Source: Bigelowiella natans CCMP2755
Taxonomy: Eukaryota; Protista; Cercozoa
Length of the DNA stretch: 64,000 nt
Reading direction: 5' to 3'
Assembly (NCBI GenBank): GCA_000320545.1
Contig: ADNK01003301.1
Location: forward strand, 5,605-69,604
A program made the position numbers and the translations under genes. Every line of letters begins with the position of its first letter. The stretch's first letter is position 1. This document shows positions 52,750 to 64,000 of the stretch, piece after piece. The notes under the pieces were generated by a model. That model was not told where the DNA came from and ran no database searches. It worked only from the letters and a program-made list of their open reading frames with translations.

Positions 52750-53733
52750 CGTGTGACTGTATATGTGGGTGGGTAGTTTGTGAAGGAAAGATAAGAGGAA
52801 GTTTAGCAACATAGAGCAAAGGGGGAGAGAACGCAGAATTTAACTTTATTAGTTTATTCACCCAACATAATATTTTACACAACCAACTGCATAATATTTA
52901 GCTAACAATGTAATCATATATATAATGCATGTAATAGTAAAAAATACCTCTTGAATAGCCGTCCGATCTGCAGATAAAGATGATAATATTTTAATGTATC
53001 AACAGCCCTCCGATACAATGAAGAGGACGCTGTCAGGCGCTCGTTATGTACTTTTGTTCAATATCATCGAGCTGCGATTTTGAGGGAAGTCAGACGAAAT
53101 GCAGCTGCTCGCAGTATTGCTCGCGGTGTAAGTGATGGAACAATTCGTAACCATGGTACGAGTATCGTCCTCAGTCCAGAAGCTGAAGACTTTGAGAGAG
53201 AGTATTACAAAGAACATCAACGGTGGAAAGATGCAAAGCTACGGCTGGATGTCTCTTACAGATCTGAATTTCTTTGTGATATCATATCGCGGCGCACTGT
53301 AGCTTGGCTTCGGGAACATCTACAAGACATAAAATGTGACGTAATAGCTGCGAAAGCTGCACGACGTCTCAAAGTTGCAAGTGCAGTGCACTTAAAAGAG
53401 ACTTTGAACACGAGGGCAGCAACGTCCTCGTCTCCTCCAACGAGTAACAATGGGAAAAGATTTCCTTTTCGAAATCAACGCAATGAGAAGAAAATTGGGG
53501 GGAAATGTATGGAGAGCTACTCAAATTCGTCAGAGCCTGAAAGAAAGATATCCCAAGAAGACGACCAGGAAATAAAATCAACAATGTTTGCAAAAAGGGG
53601 AATAAGCATTTCTAGAACCAAAAATTGTCCATCAGTCCCCACCAATGACGAAGGCAATGAGTGGCTAAATTTAATGGCTCAGATAGAACATCTCAAGATC
53701 AGACGGAAAAAAAAAATGACAAATAAAGCTTAA
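46310..53733 (+). CDS. Multi-exon hypothetical gene(s), unknown function
   Basis: Series of + strand exon-like ORFs with GT-AG borders (46615-47430, 47800, 48390, 48980, 50078, 51738, 52205, 53080-53733). Includes the SH3-like segment GDIVAITGLKNTTHFNGC|IGIV...GTYKVW. Confidence 0.5.
49481..49564. repeat. ~45-bp near-perfect tandem duplication (intronic)
   Basis: ttcctaaattYtatctgtgatRtgtattatcgcatattg twice. Confidence 0.9.
51120..51241. repeat. ~60-bp near-perfect tandem duplication (intronic)
   Basis: tttaagtctttaagaccacaKcatcatgtgtgcatgatatcatgtatcgtcttactcga twice. Confidence 0.9.
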
Positions 53734-53759
53734 AATCATGTACAGCGTGATGATTGAAC

Positions 53760-54650
53760 ATTTACCAATCTAGCAATGGGCGATCTAAGCGATGCGTTGC
53801 AAGTTGGTCATGTTTGTAATACACATGACGAGAAATGTTGCATTAACTACAGACCTGAGGTCAAACTAAACAAATATTGCAAATTCAAATTTTTCTGTGC
53901 CTTAACCCAGCTCAGAGCTAGCCAGCTAGCCAGATGCGCATTACTAGACATAGCAAGATGTCTACATAGATGCTTGGTGCTACAGCTGCGATGTGTTTCA
54001 AATTTCAATAATGATGGTGACTTTGAAATCAATTTCCAACACAGTGCAACATGTCTAGATGTGACTAGTGCGCGCATGCATGTATACGTCTAGCTAGCTA
54101 GTTAGATGGACAATCGTATGTCGATATAGACTGAAGCAGCAGCATGCAGCAGCATCGCAGCAGAGCCTACTGATGCACGCAAATGTGAATTGCAAGGCTG
54201 CAGGAGGCACATCAGAAGGCATTTTTGATGGGTCGTTTGGAGCGATTTCAAGCACCTCGCGTGCATGCTAGCGGTGCCTCACGGGCGCCAAAATGCCAAA
54301 ATCATTTTGCGAGCTCACAATGACCAAATGAAAATTTTCACCAGAGGATCAGTCATGAAAATGATTTTTGGCAAAACTGATCTGTGGCCTTAATTCATCA
54401 ATCTAGCAATGCAATCATCTAGTCATCATAGCTGATAGCCACCATCCAAAATTGTAGACATGCCTATGGTCATAAGATATAAAAAAAATGAACTAGTGAA
54501 CGTGAAGACCGGAACCGATATAATGCAGCTGTAGAGCTAAACAAACAATACATTTTGTGCATGGCGTCAGCTGTGGCGCACTGGCGCACAATCATGTAAT
54601 TGGCATCGCGATCCCGCTACAGGTAGCATAGCGGTATACTGTGTTGAGTT
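53760..54650. other. CTAG/CATG-rich repeat-like spacer between convergent genes
   Basis: gctagccagctagc, tctagctagctag and long TpA-poor stretches (54140-54380). Confidence 0.5.
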
Positions 54651-54653
54651 AGT

Positions 54654-55549
54654 CTACAACATCGCTAGAACAAAGGAAAGCACCACAGCACTAATTCCAC
54701 CGATTGTAGCATAACGTAAATTTTCTAGCTGATATTTCTTAGATTTAGAAATCCCGAGATTGGTGTTTTTGCGTTCTTTTGCTTCAGGAGTACGTCCCGG
54801 TAGAAATCCTTGCTTGATCCAGTAAATATTTCCATATGAAGCATAGATTTCCTCACCGATCGAAATATTACGTTTTGCCCGAATAACAGCCTAATTAAGT
54901 TTGAATTTGAGATACCGCACAAATTTAAATTTAAACAAATCTCACTTTCTGCTTCTTCGGCAAAGCTTCGAACTTTGCGTTTATAGACTCTGGGTCTCCA
55001 TTATCATTTACATAGCGCCCAAAAGAATGCACGTGATTTTTGGCATTGATGCTTACTTTTGAATCCAAGGCTGCGCGATAATGATAGTGAAATTTAGAAT
55101 TGGATAATAATTTTGATCGGACCATTTCACTTACTAAAAATGTAGGAAGTATCAGTGTTTCCATGTAATAGTTGATCGACTGTACAAAGAGTACCTGAAA
55201 CATAAAGAATCTTGTATGAGAGATGAAGAAATAAAATGGGACAGAGTGCCTAATACCTTCATACTCGCACACAATTTCGCCCTTCTGAAATTCAGCCTTT
55301 GAGAATAAGCCGTTTCCTAGCAATTGATGACTATTGAGCTGTTTCAATGATGTTCAATTCGTCAAAATTCTCACAATCACCTGCGCCTTTGATATTGGAA
55401 GGCTGCACTACCAGAGAAGAGTTCTCAGGAAGCTTCTCGGCAAGTTTAACATCTGCATCAAAGTGACCGGCTTCTTGAACCCTGCCCCTTGGCAGATGCA
55501 AGTGCATGATACGGAATGATTCGAGAAATGAATGTCTATACGGTCTCAT
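54654..55549 (-). CDS. Small SET-domain protein with C-terminal hydrophobic tail; multi-exon, start uncertain
   Basis: Spliced: LVVQPSNIKGAG|NGLFSKAEFQKGEIVCEYEG|...FGRYVND...NAKF...|AVIRAKRNISIGEEIYASYGNIYW...RYATIGGISAVVLSFVLAML*. Confidence 0.85.
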
Positions 55550-55827
55550 TATTTTCTTTCTTATAGGTTAGGTGGATGGTTGACTGTTTCCTCCTCCCTT
55601 CCTCCCTCCTCCTTCTTATTCTCCAGTTGGCTTCTCGTGTTCCACACTTATTTACCATAGTTTACTATCTACGACAACTTTGTATGGTTGTCGCATATTC
55701 AAATCATCGAAAATCAAACACCTGATACTTCTTCTGCAAGCACGTTGAGATTATCCGTAAATGCCGGGAGTTATTAGGATTGAAAGGGGTACATGTACTG
55801 CTGTATTTCGGGTATTTTTACGTCGGA

Positions 55828-55911
55828 TAGATCTAGACTAGATTTAATAAAGGAAATCCATGGAAATGTAGATCTACTACAGGTACTACTGTGCTGACTA
55901 GTCTAGATCTA
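55828..55911. promoter_or_regulatory. Three TAGATCTA palindromes in a divergent intergenic region
   Basis: At 55828, 55869 and 55904; function inferred from position only. Confidence 0.3.
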
Positions 55912-56347
55912 GTAGATGATTATTATTATTATGATGTTGTGTTTCCTGGATCTAGATTCTAGTATACTAGCTACACATGTGTCGCTCATTCATTTTTCAC
56001 CCGATAAAATATTTACTTATTTATTTAATTTATTTATTTGCTCAGAATTATCGGATTCCAAACCACGTGCTTGCTCAGATGATGAGCGACGAGCAGTGAG
56101 TGAGTGCCTGCCCTACACGATGATGATGATGATGATGATACTGCCAACTTCCTGGATTTGGGGCTGTGAGGCGGGTAAGTCCCTTCGCTACGTGCAGGAT
56201 TAGCAAAACCAATAAGTTGGTTGATCCCAAAGCACAGGTACGATGTCACGTTAGTCTACGGTATAGCAAAATAAAGCTAAGACAGCTCTTGCTTAATAAA
56301 ACTGATCCCAAATTTTTAAAATTCCCCCCACCATTCAGAATAAATTC

Positions 56348-57396
56348 ATGGATGAAAAGATGAAAAAGCGTGTAAGCATCCGAGATATGCACTTGGTTTG
56401 TAAAAGTGCTACTATTGTCGGGTGTTATTAGATAGTTCAGTAAACGAGTAGAAGCGCCGCCAGTGTAGAAGAAAGAAGAAACCGTATAGGATTATGGCAA
56501 TGTTTCTGCTTTTGTCGCAATAGAATTTCAACAATCTGCTGTCGCTTTAAACGTTTGCAGGCCAGAGCAAAGGATCGAGTTAAACTTCTCAGAAACGAAA
56601 TGCTTTCCTTAATGGTGAATATGTTTGGATAGCGAATCGACCAATTGTGAGAACGATAATTATTGTCATAATCAGAGAGAAAATAACACACAACGGGTGA
56701 TCCAGAAGGCAGTTGACATATTAGGGGAATTTAATAACTCTGGAAGAGGACAATTTTTCACACCTCGAGAATACCATCAATTATACTCGATGGTAACCGA
56801 AGCGCTCGATCATTTAGAATCCTACATTGCCAAGACTTTCTCAAAGAATAACAAATGCAAATTTGGAGTTCTAGATTTGTACGAGGTAGTAATGTGGCAG
56901 TAGAAGTAGTAGTGGTAGTTGTAGTTGTGCTGGTGGGAAAAGTGGTAGAAAGTAGAAGAAGAAGAAGAAGAGGAGGAGGAGAAGAAGATTAGAGAAAAAG
57001 TAATTTTATTCTGATGGATGAAAACCTGCTATATAATGATCTTATCATACCGTGTCATACAGCATGTGCAGCACTCTGGACAGATAATTCCACGACTTTT
57101 CCTTATGATTGCGGTCGGATCAGTTGCCATTACGCAAATGCGTGCACCAGCAAAAGACATCCTTTTTGACTTAGTTGAGATATGCAGTGGAGTTCAGCAC
57201 CCGATGCGGGGGTTGTTTCTTCGGAATTACCTCTCACGAACAACGCAGAGTAAGCTACCAGATAAGGGATCGCAGTATGAAGGGTAGTAGTACACTGTGC
57301 AAAAAGATATTTTGTTTTCCCGTTAAGTGAGCTCAAACACGATAATGATACAATATACTGCTACTACCACTACTATTACTCCTCCTCCTCCTCCTC

Positions 57397-57430
<34 letters not shown>

Positions 57431-58820
57431 ACGCCGCTGATTGCTGCAAATGCCCTTATGATGTAACTATAGTTTAAATTAGTAGTCTCTGATAATGAGA
57501 TGAAAGTCGTCATTAGTATTGTTTAATGTGAAATCGTCAACACATATGACGATAACTATTTATGGTCTTTACTGGTAGTCTTGGAGGAAACGTGCGGGAT
57601 GCTATCGAATTTGTTCTTCGTAATTTTGTGGAGATGATTAAGTTGTGGGTCAGGATGAGGGAAAAAAATAGAAATTCTTCTTCCATATCGTCGTCTTCTC
57701 TGTATTTTTCGGAGCAAAGTCGAATGGTGCCATCGTCGTCATCATCGTTGTCATCTTCACATTTAGTGCTAGACACTTTTGATGCCAACGAGGAGGAACG
57801 AAGTAATCTTAAAGAGTTGGTAGGTGCACCATTGAATAACCTGAGTCATATCAGTGGTCTAGATCTTGATCTCTACCGCCAAGTCGTGCTACCTAGAATA
57901 CTCGAGCAAACGGTGAATTGCAAGGACGTTATGGCACAGGAATACCTCATGGAGGCCATAATTAAGGTACTCTAACTTAGCGATCAAGGGGGTAGATTGT
58001 GCCAAAGAAACAAAATCTTAAATTACCCCAGTTTCACGGCTCAATACCATTTGATGTGACTTTTCTATACTTCCTCCATATCTCTTTGTGCCTGTTGCAA
58101 TGAGTAAATGTTTTTTATACGAATAGGCATTCGCTGCAGATTTTCACCTAAGCTCTCTGCAGATGTTTCTTGAGACTTTGGTCCACTTACAGCAAGAAGT
58201 CAATTCAAGTCAAATTCTTATGTCCATGATGCATCGTCTTTCTACTTCAGCCGACGCTCTGAAGCTGGCCGAATCTGACTCTTTTCCACTGATTCATCAT
58301 TACAGTTCGGACGTAGTGCGATTATTATTACAGACAAGTATGAAAAAAAAGAAGCTGCTGCTTGATGGTAGCATCACACTGCTCTTTTCTATTCTAGAGC
58401 TTCAGGCTGCACAGATGAAATTCTGTTTGCAGAGTTTTCCAAGCCGTAGTTTACAGTATGCAGATGGTGTACTTGCATTCACGGTCTCGACGCTTAGACA
58501 AAGTTGTGGTCCTCGTGAGCAGCTTGATCAGAAATCGGCGGAGATGGTCCGCCTACTTTTGACCTTACCCCTATACTCTCTTGGCATACAAATTCTCCAT
58601 CTGGAGTTTTACCTGCCCCTTCTCTCTTTCCTGGCGCATGGAGACCGCCGAGAAATTGCAGGGGTTATATGTGGTGCTGTAGTACAAGAAGGAAGCAAAC
58701 TCGATACTATCGAGAAAGTTTCAAAACTTTTTAAATACCTGGAACCCTCCCTTGAGGAACACAAAACTAGAAGAAGGAGGCGGAAGAGGGGAACAAACAG
58801 AGTGCGGGCAGTTACCTCTT

Positions 58821-58852
<32 letters not shown>

Positions 58853-60429
58853 AATAATAATGATGAGGATGATGACAACAACTATGATAATTCCATCTTC
58901 GTCCGCGAACAAGAAAACATATCTCTGCTATTTCAGTTGATTCAGCACCCTGATACAGACCAGCAATATGAGCTGTATAAGACTGTACGACAACAGTTTG
59001 GCAGAGGTGGTAAGAGACGAATGCGGCACTCTATCCCCCCTCTAGTGTTCGGTGCACTGGATCTTATCGTACGTATTGTTGCAAAGAGCCGAACCAACCA
59101 CGATCAGTTTGAAGATAATCAACCCAAACCGATGTCATCACCATCATCATCATTATTGTCGTCGTCATCCTCAACTACGAGGATCAGACCCAGGCACGTT
59201 TTTGTCTTCATCCATCAAATTCTTTCCTCAGCGTATGCAAATTTCTACCCAGAGTCAGCCATATGCCTTTTCCTAAAAGCTGCAAAGCTTGCAGATTCCC
59301 TCTCTATGGAACTGATCGCGTACGAATTTGTTGCTCAAGCATTTGTCATCTGTGAGGATGAAGTTGATGATGCTGACAATGGCGATGAGAAGGCTAATCA
59401 CAACGGAAAAGGAAGAAATAAGAGTAGCATTAGCAGCACGAGGAGTAGCCATTTAGCTCAGCGACAAAAGCACAAACGACGACAGCAGCATCAAAATCAG
59501 CAGCGACGGTTTCGCGTCATATCTATCATTGTGAGCACTCTAGAGACCTTTCATTGTTTCTCACTAGAGAATTGGAATTCGTTGGTGCTGAAAGCATCTC
59601 AATTGTCAGCCAAGCTAAAAAGCAGTCGCGATAAAGCAAGATCAATTGCAAATTGTTCGCACTTGTACTGGCCGTCAACAAATGATAGGAGAAGCGAAAG
59701 AGACGCAAAGATACTGCGTCACGATCGTAAACTCATCAAGTGTTTGCAGCGTGCTTTGAAAGCTGCCAATGAATGCTATGAGAATCAGATTGAATTGTTC
59801 GTGGAGATCCTCAACAAATACATTTTTTTCTATGAAGAGGGTTGCACAACTGTGGGTGTTAAATACCTGCAGGGTCTCATATGTCTTATACAAGAGCACA
59901 TACATAGACTGGATGATACGCAGGTCTCTCTCTCTCTCTGTGTCTCTCTCTCACTCTTCGTGTATTGCTTGTCTGCTTTACAGGATTGCTTGCCTGCGCG
60001 AGAGATTCCATTTTCATTCGATTCTTATTTGAAACAAAAAGATATGTGCCGCATGTATGTCTTGATCATCCTATGCATTCCATGGTGCATGTGTGTCTAC
60101 TTAAATCATTTTTATCTTGTCATCGGAGTAGTTTATTGTTCTGGTTTTACGCCGATATCAGATTGGTAGACGCACTAGGGTCTACTACATGAACACTCTA
60201 GAGCATGTTAGGCAGAAAAAGGTGCGTATGTCACATATGTTCAAAACGAACGATCAAAATGAACGATTCGTGGGTCATTCGTGCGGTTAATTTGAATGCG
60301 TTTCTGTTCCACAATCCATGATGTACGTGCGATGTATTGCAGAAATCCGAAGGGAAAGAATCCCCATTCTCTCGCCTGGACATCGAGGAACTATGTAGAG
60401 CATCAAGGGAGACTTTAGAGAGGACATAG
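56348..60429 (+). CDS. VPS35: Retromer subunit VPS35 (divergent); multi-exon
   Basis: [12 protein letters not shown]|[103 protein letters not shown]. Last exon ends TLERT* at 60429. Confidence 0.93.
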
Positions 60430-61559
60430 CACGAGTGATGTGTTGCCTACCTAGACAATTGCAAACAATTTGCGATGATGGTCATGCATTGCACAACGCT
60501 AGACTAGTAGAATGCGGAAGGATTCATACCACCACCCACCCCTGTGAAATCGATTGATCTGTGGTTTTCCCTAGCATCGCTGAATGTCCATATCTAGACA
60601 TGGCTAGCAGTGAGATGCATGTGATGCCGCACATGCTGCCACTAGTGCTGATTGCCGGTTCGCTCACATCGCCGTTCGTTGCGCACAGTTGACGCACGTT
60701 TAGATGGACACGCACATGATGGGCCCCAGGCCTCAGCCTTTCCTTGTTGTGGCTGTATTGTTTGATCATGTCAGTCAGTTGGTTGATTTAGCATTGCACA
60801 AATTGCAGCTTGCCGCAAAAAGCGCGGCGTCGCGTGCGTGCAAGCAAATGATTGCATTGAGCATGTGCGCACAGTCGCTTGCGCGTGCGCATCAGCTCGC
60901 GCGTGCACAGCTGCGCGCACTTTTGCATCGCGCGCGGCGTCGTTAAGATCAAATCGCCCACGTCAATTGCACTGGCAGTGCACATCGACAAGGAAGAGAG
61001 GTTGGGTGCGAGAGTGCAGTTTGGGGGGGGGGGGGTGGAATGGTGTCGTGAACAATGGATGGGTTAGGAGAGCATGGATGGATGATGACAACATTGGTGA
61101 TTTAAAACAAAACCATCCTTTGAGGGAAAAATGCATTGCACTCATGACCTTCCATTTCAATCGTAACTTCTTCTTCCCCAACCCCCCCCTGTTTTTCTCC
61201 CTTGTTGTTGTCGTCCACCCTTCTCCTGAAAGATGCTCCACTGCGGGTTCCATGGGAGCAGATGGTGTGACAGGCGTCGTTTCAGAACGTTTCACCTTTG
61301 AGCGATGAGTCCTAGCCGTGTCTCAAACCCCCTCACCTTCCCTTCCCCTGAAACACCTTGTTCAAAATTTGCAGTAGAAGATCTCATTGCCGAAAGGAAG
61401 AAATTGCAACCTAGCATCAGGGTGCCGTTGAGTGGTGCACAGGGGAAAGAGACCCTCCTCACACATGCATGTGTGTGATTTTGTGTGCAATGTTGCACGT
61501 GTGGCACTGTTTTTGCCATCACCATCATGTGTGGGATTCAGAAGCAAGCGAGGCCAATG

Positions 61560-62830
61560 ATGAGACGGATGCAATGAATTGATCAAATCTTTTCAATGGT
61601 CATCCTGATGTAGCCATGCAAAGCAGCGGCTGCAGCGCTTGTGTCACATCCATTTGTCTCTTCCATTGTGTGTTTCATGCATTTAAAAGCATCTGCATCC
61701 GGTCGTCGATGTCTTGCAGTGCGCGCATGCAGCAGTTCTTGCGCTTCTTTTTCTGCCTCAGTCAGTGGCTTTGTCTCATCGTTTCGATTCATGACAGCGT
61801 TCAATTGATTGCGAAATCTGTGTTGTTGATGTTCGCATGCCTCGCATTGAAGGAGATGATCCACATCTTTCACGACCCCCACGTGTGTTGCATGTGGCAT
61901 CTGCTTCTTCACATTGTCCTCGGGACAACACAAAGTTGCCAAGAATGCCGACCCCACAAATGGCACGCATCCATGTGATTGCAACACTTGGCAATTTTGA
62001 TCTGATGCCAGTGCTTTGAGAAGATGGGAGGAATCCAAGATTTTTTAGCTGCACAGCTCTCGTCAAATCATTGGACCATTCTTCTTCAAAGGCAGAGAAT
62101 GCAGAGGATTTGATCATTTCACAATGCTTTTTGAGATCTTTCTTGAGTGTTTCTCTTGTTGTCAGAATGGTGGGTGGTTCATCACCTAGTGAGTCGTGTG
62201 AAATTGAGCTCAGGCCGGCGAAACAGAGACACTTTGTTTGAGCGTTTTTGGAATTGATCTTCGCATGTGAAAACCAAAACTAGTCCACTTGTGCATTTCT
62301 TCACACACTTCATGTCCATTGCCATCATCGATCCAAGCATTGGCACGTGACCAAGATTTGGCACATTGCACTTTTGTTCGACATCGTGGTGGTGGTGCAC
62401 TGGTCAGAACGTGAGGAACATCATTGGAAACAGAGCCGGGTGATCCTGGAATTCTTTTCAAGGTTTGTGATTCCAATGAACACATCTGTTGTGTTCGCAA
62501 AATTTTCCGAGATCTCCATGTGGGAGCTACATGACCACCAGTCGCAATGAACCATGATTTGTGAAACTTCAATCTCACATTCAATGGCACATGGGATCTC
62601 GAACAACATGATCTTGATGAAAACCTTCTTTTCTTCTGCAATTTCAGATGTGCAACAAGAGCATGCTTTTCAAAAGTCAGCCTTTCAGCAAAGATCAATC
62701 CCAGACACCTCCCGCTGTCGACCCTTTTTGTCTTTCCTTGGAGATTCAGGTTGATGTTCCATGAAGTTTGACGTTGGTCAATGACAACACAGCAACGCAC
62801 ATCATCCAATGCACTACTTGAGCTGTTCTG
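61560..62830 (-). mobile_element. 5'-truncated non-LTR retrotransposon relic (RT thumb region, C-terminal zinc knuckle, 3' end)
   Basis: RCLGLIFAERLTFEKH resembles the LINE motif (K/R)YLG..D..L.F..H; LNVRLKFHKSW resembles ..LYKS; DATCNT.G..KDVDHLLQC resembles the C-terminal CCHC knuckle; frameshifted. Confidence 0.8.
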
Positions 62831-62899
62831 ACCCTTGCAATTGTTGCCATGATCATTGTGATGAACTCTTCACAGAAATTACGTCCACATTTCAACAAT

Positions 62900-63260
62900 G
62901 TGAATCGGATGCAATGAAACAATCAAATTCTTTTCAATTGTCATCATGGTGCAGCTGTGACAGCGTAGATCCTGCATCGCTTGATGACGCCTGCAACTGA
63001 CTGTGTGTTTCATGCGCACAAAATCATTTCATGCAAATGAATTCACACATGCATGAGACGGATGCAATGAAGTTATCAAATGTCGTCTTCAATGGTCGAT
63101 CATCCTAACGTAGCTATGCAAAGCGCAGCGGCTACGTACAACGCTTACATCTTCATGTTTTACATGCTGCTTTGTCCATGTTTCATGCATTTAAAGCATC
63201 TCTGTATCCGGTCGTCGATGTCGTATCGTGCAGTACGCGCAGCAGTTCTTGCTTGCCATC
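62900..63260 (-). mobile_element. Two further 3'-end copies of the same element (~62900-62965 and ~63052-63260)
   Basis: cggatgcaatgaa...ttttcaattgtcatc and tgagacggatgcaatgaa...tcaatggtc..catcctaacgtagctatgcaaagc...tttcatgcatttaaagcatc..tccggtcgtcgatgtc. Confidence 0.8.
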
Positions 63261-63932
63261 TCGCTGTTGCATGTGTGGTTCCGGGGTCGCTATTTGCGTA
63301 TCCCTCTGCTCTAGTCCGTTTACATGCCGGTAGCACAAATTCAGGGCCTATTTGCGATCCCGCATCATCATCATCATCGTCATCGTCGTGCGTCGTCGTC
63401 CTCCTCCTCCTCCTTCTCCTCCTCGGATCTTTTTTTTCGTTTGGAGCCCCCACCAATCCTCCCCCTGTTCCGGTTCCGCTAATGAAAATATTCAATCACC
63501 ACTTAATCACTTTGTTACATCCGTGCCACACACATGCATACATGCACACATGGACACAGTTGCGCATGAACGTCATCACTATGCCATCATCTTGTGGCTG
63601 TCTATCGCTTTCGTGCCTTCTTTTTCTTCTTTCGCATGTGATCAGAGCCCTGTTGAAGCAGATTCCACATTTGCCCAGTGTTCTTTTCATTGTGATCACA
63701 GATCCGTTTAACCAGATCCCATCTTTTCCCAGTGACACTCAGTCCCTCCTGAGCGGTGGTGGTCACAACATCAGAAGAATGGACTCACTTCTAGGAAAGC
63801 GATTGCGGGTAAGACACAGGAGGGGAAGGCCGTTCGCTAGCACAAAGACACACATTCGCAATGAATGTAATCGACAGCACATTGCTTCGCATCAAAAAAT
63901 TGCCGCTTGCTCCCTGCCACCCCCCCCCCACA

Positions 63933-63978
<46 letters not shown>

Positions 63979-64000
63979 CTACTACTACTACTACTACTAC

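Noticed and set aside
54296-54372. Imperfect inverted repeat gccaaaatcatttt/aaaatgatttttggc
   Set aside because: Short and AT-rich; may be a transposon subterminal relic but cannot be supported.
62935-62965. Minus-strand QLHHDD as a mutated RT YADD motif
   Set aside because: The segment aligns with the element's 3' terminus, so the resemblance is coincidental.

Overview
Intron-rich, microsatellite-dense eukaryotic nuclear DNA. A plastid EF-G with a bipartite leader (signal peptide plus transit-like peptide) indicates an alga with a secondary plastid; the leader style suggests a chlorarachniophyte (inference). About 13 protein genes: a long micro-exon gene ending in Tudor-like domains, a tandem HMG-box protein with a bipartite leader, a K+-independent H+-PPase, a Cys-rich orphan, plastid EF-G, RidA, UTP13/TBL3, RPS3, a GH1 beta-glucosidase, a giant DENND4-like protein with DysF-like domains, an unknown gene, a small SET protein with a hydrophobic tail and a divergent VPS35. 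Most genes sit in head-to-head pairs. The spacers at their 3' ends hold relics of a (TA)n-tailed non-LTR retrotransposon. The strongest signal is that this repeat-derived DNA is almost stripped of TpA, apparently converted to TpG/CpA with CTAG spared, which looks like a 'reverse-RIP' A:T->G:C hypermutation of repeats. Exon boundaries and counts were done by hand and are approximate.
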